Shown here piece after piece: positions 12,020-25,367 of a DNA stretch of 64,000 bases. This stretch comes from Balamuthia mandrillaris (taxonomy: Eukaryota). Each line of letters begins with the position of its first letter. The stretch's first letter is position 1. Location: positions 496,001-560,000 of the forward strand of contig JAVKOQ020000002.1 in the NCBI GenBank assembly GCA_031835245.2. The letters are read 5' to 3'. The notes under the pieces are model-generated. The model worked only from the letters and a program-made list of their open reading frames with translations. It was not told the origin of the DNA and did no database searches. A program made the translations under genes and the position numbers.

Positions 12020-15000
12020 CTCCTCTCTTCCCTCTTCCCTCTTCCCTCTCCCCTCTTCTCCTGGTTCTCTGCTTCTCTTCTAACTCTCCCTTGTTTAAAA
12101 CAGCTCGAGTACAGCGGAAAAAACGGATAGCGATGGCAGCCATCGCTGGTGTAATATTATTAGTTCTTGTAGGCCTAGCTACTGGCCTCTCTGTTTTCTT
12201 TACTTTGGTACCAATCTCTCTCTCGCTCTCACTCTCTCACTTACTAACTTCTTCATCTTGCATTAATTTGTTCTTCAGCCCAATGATTCTTCAAATTCCT
12301 ATATCTCTGTATCTCGGCGGAACTCTTATTCTCTGCAAATGAACAGCGGGTTGCAAGTGTTTCAGCTGCTGTTGCCGGCAGACGGTTCCACTGGAACTAC
12401 TACAAGAAAAAGAAGCAACGACAACGCTTCTCCTTCTTCTTCGCCTTATTCGAAACAAGCTCAACAGACCTTGGAAGTAATGATAGTAAGGGATGCAACA
12501 ATTGCTCCTGATCTCATTCTTGTTGAAACAACTGACTGGCGCGCGGAAGGCGAGAAGAGTACTACCACTAGCGAAACAAGCGTTATCTTCGTGGAGGGTG
12601 TGCTTTTCTTGAACATTTCGGTTTGTCATCACTTCATTCTCTCTCTCTCTCTCTCTCTCTTGTGGCTGACTAAGTACAAAATAGGGTGCCATGAACTCTG
12701 ATGATAGACCCAATGCCCGAGTGTTAGTACGTCTGCCGGAAGATATATTTTTTAATCGGTTGGTAGACTTTCGGGTTTATATCGAACGCAATGCACAGGT
12801 TTCTCATTCTCTCTTGCTCTCTCCCTCTCCCTCTTTCCGTTCTCCTCTCTCATATGCTCTCACATTCTTTTTTTATGCTTATTTTTTCTCGAACTCGAAA
12901 AAAGGTCGAAGTAGATTTAAAAAAAGTGTTCGTTGCAGAGGAAGATTCCATCATCGATAGTGAGAGCGCAAGCGATATTGATAGAGACGACTTAACACTG
13001 TGGCGCCTTCTGCCTAACTCTGGTTATTGGAAGGATGAAGCCATCGTGGAACAAGAATATCCTCCGCCTACCTTTCGTTCGGTCATTATCGACGACAACA
13101 ACAATTGGCCGGGCCTTGCTCAGAAGTCCAGCAATTCCTTAAGTCTCAGAGTACAACTCCCTCCCTCGCTCCCCGCTCCCTCTCTCTCACTCTCTCTCTC
13201 TCTCTCTCTCTCTCTCCTTTTTTTTAATTGTTACCATTAATTAACATTTTGTGTTACCATAGTTTATGCAAGCCACTAGCTACTACGTTCGTTCACGTTA
13301 TGGTTCTGTTACGATGAACGAAACTTGGATAGCACCATCTTCCTACTTTCCTCTCTTCTCCCCCGTATCAACTGACCTTTACAACAAGCAAACACTGTGC
13401 CCCATTCTTTCATGGTGGCCTCAGTCTCGTTTGGATGAGTTGCCATCGTTTCCTCCTGTCATGAACAACCATGAAACGAACGAAAGCCTTTCAAATGAAG
13501 AAGCAAAAGAGCGAGAAGGCGTAGTCACTGTTCGCGCAGGTGCTGCTATAACACTCGTCGATGTGTTGAGAGATGGCGAAGGAAGCATTGATGCTTTCAT
13601 CTATCCTCCTTCCACAACTGGCAATAACAATAACGCCCAACACAATGCTCTCCGCGACATAACCATCATCCTTAGACAAGGCGGTTTCTTTGGCAAGTTT
13701 CACTTTGACCCATCCTATCAGCAAGGCATCACTCCTGAATCAACCTCCCCCCAAGTCACTGTTTCAGCCCAAGGAGTGCTTTCCTCTTCTTCTTCCGCCT
13801 CCTCCTCACAAACCTCTTCAGGAGAAAGTTTGCACTGGACGAATGGCACCGTTGGTCGTGGCTGTCAATACATTTCTGCAGTGATCAGCAGCTCTTCCAA
13901 GTCTTCAACAAAGAAAGGAGATGGAGCACCAACAAACAACAACAATAATCCTCAAATACATCTGCAAGTAGAACGAGTCAATCCGCTGCAAGCGCTGGGT
14001 AGCGTCACACGCGCCTTAATCGTCCACAACACTACCCTTTCGAGAAAGAACCTCCTCTCTGGTAGTTGCGGTGGTAACTTTGCTCCCGAGTACGTCTCTA
14101 AGTGGCAGGCCCCCGCCGATGGCACCTACTCCTTCGACGGAGAGGGCTCCCTCTTTGATGCTACCGTTTACCTGCTTGATGCCACCAATGGACAAGAGCT
14201 GGCCTGCTCCTGGCGTAATCCTCTTCGCACGGTCCCGCTTGTGGGTGGGCAGGAGGTGTTGGTGGTGGTGGATGGGGCCTACTTGGAGGACGGGGGAGGG
14301 CCTTTTTTTCTCAGCATTCGCAACGGCAACTACGATGACTTTACTATCATGAGCGAGCTCATTTCTCGCATTAGGCTGGCCAAGACTGAGAATCGACCCT
14401 TGGATGCCTCGGTGATTGGCAACTACCAGTTGACCGCGTTGTTGAAGGAGACTACTGGCTCAGAATCACTCTACTTTTCCCCTAACTACACTCACAGCAT
14501 TAATGCCCCTGACTTAGTGGTCACCGTCACCGGACTTTCTAACACTGTTCTCAACAACGGCGTTCTGAGCTTCGCTGGCACAAGATCCACCACCACGACA
14601 AGATCCTTCCCATCCACTTCTTCTTCAGATACGAAAGCAGTACGTCAAGATGGATCTGTCCATCTAGCAGCTCTCATCTTCTGGAGAGGCAACGACGATG
14701 GGGACGATGAAGTCTTTGTCAAGACCCAAATGGGCCTGTATCTCCCCATCCCTACCTTCTCCTCCCAATTGAGCGCCCTGCAGCAAGCCTATCTCAACTT
14801 CATGTCAGATCTGCTCGAACCGGACGATGTCGCTCGCTATACTTCTGGCATCACCTTTCCCTCAGAGGGTGGCAACATTATCATCATAGCCTCCGCAGCC
14901 ACCGAGAACTCCACCGCGCCCTCTGCCTCCACTTTCTTCCCCTCAAGCTCCGCGGAGGATCTTGTTATGGATGTGGCTCGAGTTTTATTGCCTAGCTTCC

Positions 15001-16759
15001 AGGAACTGAGCACCTCCGTGAGGGGCACCCTCAGCATCACTCGTGGCTTCAACATCCTCCTCCGCATTGGCTTTACTGACAATTCCTCCTTTCTCATGTG
15101 GAACTATTTCATGGGAGATGGATGGCTCATCTCGGACAAGAACTCCGTGCTCCAGGGCAACATTCCTGACTCTCGTGCTCGATTCTCGCTTGGCACGAGC
15201 TTGTTGATTGGCATGGCGGTTGCCAAGAGGGACTGTCCCACCATTCTCTTCGAGTCTCATACCCACGAGAGCGACCAGGGGAATCATCATCACGAAGCCT
15301 TTGACTCCTCGGTGGACGGCAGATTGTTTGTGGGCACTTATGGCATATTCACACCACGATTGACCTCATTAATATCTTGGGAGAGTCGAGAGGATTACCT
15401 AAGGTTGCCTCCTCAGCCTTCCAATCTCTTTCCTTGGTATCGTGGCAACGATGTCACCAACAAGAGCAGCACTCCTCAGCTCAACACCGCTGGATGGCCT
15501 TTTAATCCTATGGGAGGCATTCCCTGGGTGCGCATTCCTGCTTACTCCGAGCTAACGCATGCCGACATTACCTCCCTGCCTTTGCCCTCTGTTCTTTCTT
15601 TCCTCACTCGCGGCTCCTTCTTCGCGAGTGGCGACTCCTCTGCTGGTGCAGCCTCCGATGTCGACGTTTGGACTTTTATGTTCGACGATACTCCCCTTCG
15701 TGACAACAGCGACCAGAATGTAATTCACTCTCAGATTATCATTTTGCCTCCGATTGGCTCGTCCTCCAGCACTGCTCTTTGGATCGACAATCCGGAAGAG
15801 ATACAACCAAGAGATGTCCTCAGCGCGCTTGGATTTGTCGGTATCTCCAACGGCTTCCTCAACTCGAGCTTCAAGTTTACCAAACCTTATCCTTTGGCCT
15901 CTATCGTCTACAAGTCTTACAGCGAGACAGCGGATGTCTTCCTCGATCAGGACGACCCAGAGATTCGCGACGGTTTGTCCGCACTCTTTGCTGCCTTTGG
16001 GCAGCGTTTGAGGAGGGAAGCGGCTGCTCGTCCCTATGCACCTATCCGCACACGCAAGGGCATCACTGTGACTCTCCAGGCTGAGTTAAAACCGAACTCA
16101 TGGATTTATCGCGGCATTGCCAACTTTTGGTCAGGGGTGGAGGCTAACGTGCCCCTCCCTCTGTCCTTTCGCTCGTTGATCGCTTTGCAGGAGACTTTGG
16201 AGTCACAAAGCGCGACCATCATTGGCATCCTTCCTAGCGAGATCAGTGCTTGTGCGGCAGCGTTATCAAGCAACAAAAGAGAACAGAGAACCAAGCAACA
16301 AGAAGCTCGTCAGACAGTTGATGAGGATGGAGAGGATGCTCTACCGAATAATTATGCTGAAGTGAACTTCCAACCACCTACTTTTGCCCGTGAGTATGGC
16401 TTCTTTTATTTCACCAACAACGAAGTCTCCTTCTTCCTGCCACCTTTGGGCAATCCTGACAACCTGGCCACAACGATACGAACGGAACTCGTGATCATGC
16501 CCCTCGAGAAAAGCCTTTGCTTCGATGGCGCAACCGTCTTTTCTTGTTCTTCTCTCGTTGCTTCTTCTGCCTCATCGTTCACCACTCGCAATGATGATTA
16601 TGAGGACACTTTCGACCATGATAAGTTCTTGGAAGCTACCATCAACTCGTCTCCGGAAGATGTGGTTATCTTCAGCCTTAAAAGCAGTTACTCTGGTGTT
16701 CCTGCCAGCATTCAACTCACCGGTTCCATGATTCCCGCCTCTTCTTCTTCTTACCCCCT

Positions 16760-16792
<33 letters not shown>

Positions 16793-17807
16793 ATGGCACC
16801 CATTTGGTTTAGGATGGTTGTCAGTGAAAGACGCCCACGTTTTGGATCTAGACCTTTTGCGGCAAGGGGCAGCCATGCAACAAGTTTTGCTCTCAGGCAA
16901 TGTGGCCATGTCCTTCTTCTCTGCTACCAGCTTTCAGGCGGATATTCAAATGGAGATCCTCAGCTTGGACTCTTGCGAGCCTCGTCCCCCTACACCACCA
17001 CCATTTTCAGCCAACGATTCACCTCTCACCGTTCATCAGAACTTTTTCCATCTCTCCGACTTTTTACCCCCAAGCAGTGGCGGGCATGGGTTTTCTTTGT
17101 CGACAGTGGTACACCACATTCTCGCGGATTGTGGAAGAGAGGACGAACGGCCGAACTTCGTGAAGAAAGTTTACCCAACGACCACCACTTTGCTCGATCT
17201 TCGTGTTACTTCGGTACCCTTTTTAGCCATTGGTAATAATAGCGGCAACGAGGGTGGAGGGCCACCAGAGCCGTTGTTTTCAGATCATTGCGACCAAGAG
17301 TTGTTGAGCAATGAGGGTACAACGAAACGAGCGGGCTTGCTGCTCTCCTTCGAAGGCACGGTTGACATAGGGGAGCTCACCGAGTTCATTCAGGCTAATG
17401 TCGATCCTTCCTGGAGCCACGCCACTGTTGCCACGTTGGAAGTGGAGGTCGCCATCTTCTCTGAGCCTTGCACCAAACGAGCGGCTCCTTCCTCTTCGTG
17501 GAGAGGAAGAGGAGGTCGTGGTCAGGATGACGATGATGACGACGATGACAATGACGACAACGACAACGATTGTGAGGAAGAAGATGGAGATTGTACGCAT
17601 AGTGATTCGAGCAGCGAAGGAGAAGAAGTGGAGCTCTTGTTTGAATGGGATGCATGCCCGGCTGATGAAGAGAGCGCCTCTTCCGCAAAGAGAAAACGGC
17701 AAGAGACCAATGAATCGCCATCGGTCACTTTGTACGTGCAGACGGGGGATGGCCTTCGCATCTCCTACCCTCAGCTCCAAATACTCGCTTCTTCTTCCTC
17801 TTCGTAG
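11028..17807 (+). CDS. Large (~2000 aa) type II single-pass membrane protein with a long ectodomain that includes a bacterial-type PPC-like beta domain (6 exons)
   Basis: Introns at about 11932-12103, 12208-12278, 12600-12684, 12799-12904 and 13151-13262 join the ORFs. TM segment IAMAAIAGVILLVLVGLATGLSVFF follows RKKR. The last exon is a 1513-aa ORF. Confidence 0.72.
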
Positions 17808-18161
17808 CACCCACCCCTCCCGAACACAAAAACCACAAGTGAGACTGCCATCTGCCCTTGGGGTTTTTTTTTGATTTTTTGTTTATTACCGCGTGTAGAT
17901 ATGCCTTTATTTATTGCAGCCACCCTGCTTTTGTTCTTTTGTGGTATTTTTTTTATTCTATGTTTAGTGTTTATTTTAAAAGAGAAAAAAAACTAAGAAC
18001 CCAAACTTCAAAATTACTTTAACGGTTCATCACGTGCCCTTCACGTTCTCCTTGTGTTTTCAACCAAGATTCGTTGGGTTCTTTCGTTTTTTGCCACAAC
18101 CAACCAAAAACAAAAGCAAAGCTGAAGAACAACAAGGACGCAACAAACAAGCACCACCACC

Positions 18162-18761
18162 ATGAAGTCATTGTCGAGGTTCGGATCTGCGCCTCGCGCA
18201 AGGCGTTGTCCCCGTGCATTCCCGTTCGCCACAACGCGCTGCATTCCATGCACGCCCGCGCTTCTTCCTCACCCAGGAAGGCACTACTCCCATGACAAAC
18301 AAAAGTACAGGCTGGAACACTTTGCCCCTCACAAAGGGGAAAGAAGGGACCAGTCCAAGACCCCCCAAGAGGAGCGCAAGGAGCAGCTTCAACACAACAA
18401 GGACAAGCACCGCAACCCGGATGAGGAGAAGGACACCGTCCTCGAGTTCTCGCTCTACCCATTCGGCACGGACGAAACCTCCCTCAGCGGCTACATCAAC
18501 AGCTCGGTCAGCATCGTGCACAAAAGGGGCCTGCGTCACGAGGTCCACTCCATGGGCACCGTGGTGGAGGGCTCCTTGGACCAGTGCTTCGAGGTCATCC
18601 GGGAGGTGGTGGAGAAGTGCGTGCGCAAGGGAGCGCCCCGCCTAGTGCTTAACTTCCGGGCGGACGTCAGCCCGGGCATGTCCGGCAACCGCCTGCACAA
18701 CAAGCAGAAGAGGATCGGGGCGGCCACCATGAACGTGGAACCCATGGATGTCGTTCTGTAG
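18162..18761 (+). CDS. MTH1187/YkoF (DUF77, Ecm15-like) thiamine-binding family protein with a presequence-like N-terminus; intronless
   Basis: EFSLYPFGTDETSLSGYI...GLRHEVHSMGTVVEGSLDQCFEVI...GAPRLV matches the family pattern. The N-terminus is Arg-rich and lacks acidic residues. Confidence 0.82.
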   Translation: MKSLSRFGSAPRARRCPRAFPFATTRCIPCTPALLPHPGRHYSHDKQKYRLEHFAPHKGERRDQSKTPQEERKEQLQHNKDKHRNPDEEKDTVLEFSLYPFGTDETSLSGYINSSVSIVHKRGLRHEVHSMGTVVEGSLDQCFEVIREVVEKCVRKGAPRLVLNFRADVSPGMSGNRLHNKQKRIGAATMNVEPMDVVL

Positions 18762-19008
18762 CGATGAAAACACTGATAAAAGTAGGAATTATCGTTGATA
18801 ATCGTTGTTTATCATCAAACAATTCTCCATATGTGGAAAAATTGTGAATATTTTGGAAGGTGGCGAGGAAACGGGGAGGAACCTCTCTTGGTTTCCAAGT
18901 TGTCCAAGATCTCGTTGTTGAAACGGTTATAAAGTGATGGTTTGTTTCAATTCTTGTGTTTGGTTACTGGTATTGTGCCCTTCGGCAAGCGAAAGAAAAC
19001 TGAAAAGA

Positions 19009-19383
19009 ATGGAAGAGGCTCAACCGCGCCATGGCCAGGCGCGAGCCCCACGCCGTCTCGCCTCTCGGAGGCTCCGCTTTGAGCAGTTACCCGACGAGGT
19101 GAAGCTGCTCGTTTTCTCGTTTCTATCCACCGTTGAGCTGCGCATCATACAGGTCGTGTGCCGGGAGTGGCTCGTGCTGGCCAATGAGCCTTCCCTTTGG
19201 AGACATAAAAACCTTCGTGCTGCCTTTCATTCCTTCTTCTTCTTTTTGCTTCTCTTCATGTCGTTTCTCTCTTCTCTTGTATCTCCCTCTCTTCTTTCTC
19301 TTCTCTGCTTCTCTGCTTCGCTGCATTGTTCACTATCCTCTTGCTTTCTCTTTCTCTTTCGTCGTTTCTCTTTCTCTATCTCT

Positions 19384-19431
<48 letters not shown>

Positions 19432-20442
19432 CGACTTTGCTGACTCCAAAAATAGAAATAATAAGAACAGCAAAAAAATTGGACGGCAAACTCCACCAGC
19501 CAACGAAACGGAACACGTCTAACAACCATCTGCCATCGCGCTATAAGGTGGTAATGGTGGGACCAGGCGGATGCGGCAGAAACGCTTTCATTGTGCGTTA
19601 CGTGAATGGCAGCTTTATAACAAAATATGACCCTGTTATTGCAGACGAGTACGTTTATTGAACGAATGTTTCTTTCATTCATCCTGACATGCTCCTTTTG
19701 ATATGCTAGGTATATGACGACAGCTGTGGTAGATGGAGTTGAGGTCATTTTGGACCTCGTGGTTACCGGCGGCCAAGAAGAATATGCAGCTCGTCAGTAC
19801 ATTCACTCCCCATTTCTCTCATCCCATGCTTGTTTTGTTCTTGCATCTCATGTAAATTCCCTTTGCTGCTTTCCAGTTCGAGAGCAATTCGAGAAAGTGG
19901 CAGATGGCATTCTCGTCTTGTACTCCATCAACTCACGTGCTTCCTTCGACTTGGTTCGCCGCTATGTGCAGAGCGTCCTCCGTTCACGCGGGTGCGACAT
20001 GAGCACATGTCCTCCCATCATCCTCCTCGCCAACAAGATCGACTGTGAGTCCGAGCGAGCGGTCTCCACAGAAGAAGGCAAGGAGCTTGCCAACTCCCTG
20101 CTTCAGTATAGATGGTCGTATTTTGGTGCCTCTCCGCCACCTAAGAAGAACCGACCGCACAACAATGAAAAAGCAGACAGAGAAACTAAAAGCGGTGACA
20201 AAGAGGAAGCTGAAGAAGCAGAAAGAAGACGCAGTGGATTTTGTTTCAGAGATAACTTTTTTGAATCCAGCGTGAAGAACAACGTGGTGGTTCCCTACGG
20301 AGGAGAGGCCGTTCAAGGTCAAGATGTTGTGGTGGAAGAAATGGTGCGACAGATCGATGAATGGAGAGTCAGAATGCAAAGCCAACAACAGACCCAACAG
20401 AACTCCAAACACGACGATACCAAACGTTGCCTTCTCATGTGA
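19009..20442 (+). CDS. F-box-Ras-like pseudo-GTPase A with CaaX (exons 19009-19216, 19456-19648, 19710-19792, 19877-20442)
   Basis: F-box FEQLPDEVKLLVFSFLS..L..IQVVCREW..LANEPSLW. Ras fold YKVVMVGPGGCGRN, YDPVIADEY, VTGGQEEY, LANKID, ESSVK, ending CLLM. Confidence 0.88.
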
Positions 20443-20549
20443 TACCCAGCAGAGAGCAACGCCAACTATTAAGTTCATGTACTACAGGAAAACAAAAAAC
20501 AACACAAAAAATAGAAAGGAAAGAGACAGCAGATCGCCATAGGCGCGAG

Positions 20550-21596
20550 CGTAATGGATACTGTGCGCCAATAATCGCTGGTCAAGCAGCCACACGTTTG
20601 GCTGGCGAAGGACACTCAGCCATGTCCATTTCACTCTTGAAAACCTTGACGATTGTGTACTTTGCGCTCACTCCTTTTGACCTCACCAAGGAAGCCTCCC
20701 AAACCCCAAAAGCAGGTGCTTCAGAGCAAGCAAGAGGGAAGCCTCCAAAGTTTGTTGAAGCAGAAGCCTTTGGGTTTTGGTAGGAGGGGCGATGAGAGAG
20801 ACAATTGGTAGATGCCTATTGGTGTAAGCTTGCTGGTCGTAATGTTGATTATTGCGGGGCTGGTTGGCAGGATTGAAAGGATTTGCGGTTCTGGAACGGG
20901 GTCTGGTTCCATGGCTATACAGGGCATCTCATGTAGGTTACGGGTTGGCATGAGCTCCGGAATAGTAGGGCGTTGGTTCGTGTTGTTGGAGGTAAGTAGT
21001 ACGTTGGGTGGTAGGGCTCTGCTTGGTTTGTTTCTCCTGTGCCTGGGCTGTGAAGGAGGCTAGGAGGGTCTTGCCCATCCCCTCCGCGGAAGACCCAACC
21101 GCCGCCAGCTCCAGAGACAGATCCATGCCTTACGGTATTTGCTTAGGATGAATCCGGTTATGTCGTGGACGTCCTCCTTGTGCGAGTTGATGGCTCGTTC
21201 CCGAGCGTCCATGGCGAGCAGTTGGTTTATCCGTATCTTTCTCCCTGATAGGCGGAGATTTCCTTCGGTTTGCAGACGTCCGTCTGGTGGAGGATACTCA
21301 GGGCGGCTGCAACGTTCCTCGGTAATTCCTGTTCCTCTTGATGGTGGTTCTGTTGGTTGTTGCTTTTTCTGTTGGTGGGCGTGGCAACGTCCAAGTTGTT
21401 CATGATCCAGTGCTTCTGGTCTGCCAAACCCAAAAGGGCGGCAAGAGGTAACGTCCAAGGCCTTGACGTCCAAAGGGCGGCAGACTGGGGCCTTGGGGCA
21501 AGGGTCTGGTTTACCGGCGACACGCGGGGGGGCGGAGGCGGAGGCGGCAGCTCTGGGGCGGTGACGGGCTGGAAGCCCTGGTTCCTGGCGGCTCAT
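20550..21596 (-). pseudogene. Possible decayed, frameshifted coding relic of unknown origin
   Basis: Protein-like segments alternate between frames (21227-21523, 21060-21596, 20938-21126) with stops. No splicing solution was found. Confidence 0.3.
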
Positions 21597-22472
21597 GGCT
21601 TCCCAAAAGGTAACCTTCGTCTTGACAGAGCCTACCTGAAAGAAGAGAATTGGAAAACTTTAAATAAAGGAATAGGGGAGTGTCGGTGAAATGGGGTCCA
21701 AGAATATCAGTCGCTGGTAAGACTGATAGCTGTTGTGTGAGGGTGGGTCACAGTGCGAGTAGAACTCGATGTGTGTTTCTCGTTGAAACTATAAATAAAT
21801 AAAAAAAAATATCGCTTTGGCGCAGTTCTAAGGGAAGCAGCGCCAAGCAGTAACGGTCAGTTTTCTTTCCAAATAGCATCTGTTTCACCAACCGCCATCC
21901 CGCCTAGAAGCTTCATTGGTCCGGCACATCCGCTCCCAACTCCGTTCCTCCCGCGCTCTCCTTTGTTTATATTCCTCTTTATCCGCGGACTCGACATCTC
22001 ATTTTTGTGCGCCATCTTCAGCTGGAGCATCTCGCATTGGTGGGGAAATTCGAAAAGGGACAAAAACCGGGGAAAGAGATGGTAAAAGGTGAAGCCATCG
22101 TTCCGCTCCGATCCAACTGCCCGTGGTCCCAATAACAAGCCGCTCAAACAAGTTCACGAAAGAATCTTATTTTTTCTTTTCAACAGAGCGATGCAGGGCG
22201 GAAAATGAAATTTCGGTCCAAACAACAACTTTCCCGCCATTTTCGGTTGTCGACACCAGACAAGCGGAAGGATTTTACGGGACGACATGATGATGTATAT
22301 GTGTCGACGGCGAAAAGAAAGAAAAAGAGGAAGGCGAAAAAAAAACGCTTTTTCCGTTTTTGTTTGTTGTTGTTGTCTCAGTCCCTCTACCCAGTGCGAC
22401 GTTGAATCTAGACGATTTCTTTGCTTTCGCTCATTTTGGCCTCTATCTCTTTTGAGACCTCAAAAAATAAAA

Positions 22473-23731
22473 ATGTCTTTTTGGTTGTTTGGACGACAAA
22501 AAACTCCCAAAGGTTTGTTTTTTTCTTTCCTCATTTGATTTTATTTTATTTTTTTTTGAAGGAAAAGAGCTAATCGAAAGAATAAACCAAATGGCTGGTT
22601 TTCCTTTGAGCAGAAATATTGCGGGAGCATCAACGTACCTTACGAAGAGCTATCCGTGATATTGACAGAGAAAGGACAAACCTGGAGCGGCAACAACAAA
22701 AACTGACCATTGACATCAAGAAAATGGCAAAAGAGGGACAAATGGTTTGTTGTTCTTGTTTTTGTTACATATTTTCGAAACCTAATCTAACCTTTTTTAT
22801 TTGAACAAAAATAAATAAAAAGGGAGCAGCAAAAATAATGGCGAAAGATCTGGTGCGAACGCGACAGCACATCACCAAGTTTTACAAGCTGCGCTCGCAC
22901 TTGCAGGCCGTTAGCCTTCGTATACAGACGCTGCAGTCGACGCAAGCCATGTCAGACGCCATGAAAGGAGCTTCGCAGGTATAATTTAGTTTCTTCTCTT
23001 CCTTCTCTTTCTTCTCTCTTCCCTCTCTTCTCTCGAACTACAATAACGCAACACCTCTCACTCCTTTTCTCTTGTTCTTATGTTCCTATGCTCTGTCTCT
23101 TATGCCTGTCTTCTTTCTTCGGCCCGTTTTCTTTTGCGTTGCAGGCAATGACAATGATGAACAGACGAATGAATATTCCAGCGATGCAAAGGGTACTACA
23201 AAACTTTGAGATGCAATCGGAACAAATGGACATGAAGCAAGAGATGATGGGAGATGCCATGGACGACCTCTTTGAGGAAGACGATGAAGAAGAACAGATG
23301 GATGACATAATCAATCAAGTGTTGGATGAGATTGGCATCAATCTTTCTGCTGAAGTACTCCTTCTTCTGCTTCTTGGGTTTCCTTGGTGTACTATCACTG
23401 ACGCCTCTCTTTTATGTTTGTTCTTTTTTTCCGTTTGCAGCTGGTGGACACACCGGGAAGTGGAGTTGGTGTACAACAAGCAAAAGCCAAAACAGCGGCT
23501 GTTCTGACCGAAGGATCCTCCGCTCCACCTCCTCCACGAAATAACAGCAACAACAACAATAATAATAACAAACCGGGAGGAAGCGGCGGTAATGGAGGAG
23601 GAGGTGGGGGAGGTGGAGGAGGCGGAGGAGGAGGTGGTGGCATGGGTGCACCTTCTTCATCCTCAGCTAGCGGAAGTGATGTAACGGATGATGAACTTCA
23701 GGCCAGACTAGATGCTCTCAAGAGAATGTAA
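22473..23731 (+). CDS. CHMP2: ESCRT-III subunit CHMP2/Vps2 (5 exons)
   Basis: MSFWLFGRQKTPK|EILREHQRTLRRAIRDIDRER...AKDLVRTR..LQAVSLRIQTL..AM..AMKG..EMMGDAMDD..QVLDEIGI, with C-terminal MIM DDELQARLDALKR. Confidence 0.95.
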
Positions 23732-23881
23732 ACCGAACATCTTCGTTTGCTTTCTTTTCTTATTTTTTTTTTGTACAAACAAATCCGATTATTTAGTCAG
23801 TTTGTCGATGATTATTGCTATTCGTGATTATTCGGTTTGTTTTTTCGATGATTCCTATTTCTTGCGATACAATCCAATTAT

Positions 23882-24648
23882 TTAGTCCGTTTTTCGATGA
23901 TTTCTGTTTCCAGCGATAAAATGGGTCACCCGAACGAGAATGGAGCGCAGATAAGACAAACACCAAACGAACTGCATGAGCAGGGTCACGTAGAGCAAAA
24001 CGTTCTGAAGGAGGACGGCCGTTTGGTACCACCACTCCTGGCTGTGCACGTTAAAGTGGACAATGATCATTCGCATCGTCCAGTTGTAGGCCAGCAGCAA
24101 AGCGGAGGTGATCATGTTGCGGATTGTGCCTTGCATCCACCTTTCTAGGTCCTTTCACCGAACAATGAATGATCAGAGAGGAAAGAAAAAAGAAAGAGCC
24201 AGAGAAAGGATAAAGCAAGATAAGAAAAAAGACAACACATAGTAGAGAGAAGGAAGAAAGGAAGAAAGAATGGAAAGGAAGGAAAGAAAGAAGAAAGGAG
24301 AAACAAAGAACATATTTGTGAGATTACTCACTCTTTGCCAGAAGAGAAGGTCGATTTCATGAAGACCAGAGGCCACACAATTGACCAACACGCACCCGAC
24401 CAACCACTTGTGTGCAGCAAAGGCATCCGATACCAAAAAGTAGGCCACGGCAGCGTAGGGGAAGAGCCATGCCAGCACCGCCATTTGCGGGGAGTCCAGA
24501 CGACGGTCCAAAGAAGAACGAAGAGAAGAAGGGAGGAGCCGGTAGTCCTCATCTTCTAGAAAACTGAGATAAAGCCAGCTCGTCCGTGGCAAACTTTTTG
24601 TTTTTGGCGTTCGTGTTTAGGTGTTGTTAAAAGAAGAGCAGAAGAGAC

Positions 24649-24695
<47 letters not shown>

Positions 24696-25038
24696 AGAGA
24701 TGCAGAACACATGAAAAGAGATAGAAAACGAGAGGAGAAGAGAGCACAGAGAACGAACGAGAAACGAGACGAGAAAATAGAAAGGGAGGAAGCCGCAGAA
24801 GAAGAACGAGAAGAAGAAGGCTAGAAGGGTACGTGAGGAAAGTGAAAGCCAAAGTGCGAGTCTTCCACTGGAGGTTATGTTGGTTGATATAGTCCTGAAA
24901 AGCGTCCCACGAGGTTGATAGCTTGTCGCCTTTGTCCCCGACAGCCTGGCTGCCAGTTGGCAACATCACCACCAACAACAAAACCACTGCCCAGCACCAA
25001 GCCGGCAGCACGCTCTTCCTCACGGTGCCACAGCGCAT
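23882..25038 (-). CDS. Uncharacterised multi-pass membrane protein with a signal-peptide-like N-terminus (3 exons)
   Basis: ORFs 24556-25038, 24173-24592 and 23882-24136 are separated by pyrimidine-rich GT-AG introns and contain several hydrophobic helices. Confidence 0.6.
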
Positions 25039-25367
25039 CTTGCTCTCTCTTTGTTTCTTTTCCTGTTGCTTTTTTTTTTCCTTCGAATTTTTTTAGTTAA
25101 ATTAAAGCGGACAATAATTTCCAAACGTAATTCTTTCAACTTTGGCTGATGTCATCATGCCCACTTTAATTTAATTAGTTGGTGATCAGATCTCAAACAT
25201 TGCGACTCTGACTAGACTTTTTGTCTCTAATTTGTGTCTAGATGCTTGGCCTTGGTGGGTAATGCATTACCCCGAAATTGGGTTCAGCTTGAATAATTTG
25301 TTTTGCTTCTTCTTCGTGGCCGCCGAGACACAAGAGAAACTGAGTCGAAGGAGGACAAACAAAAAGG

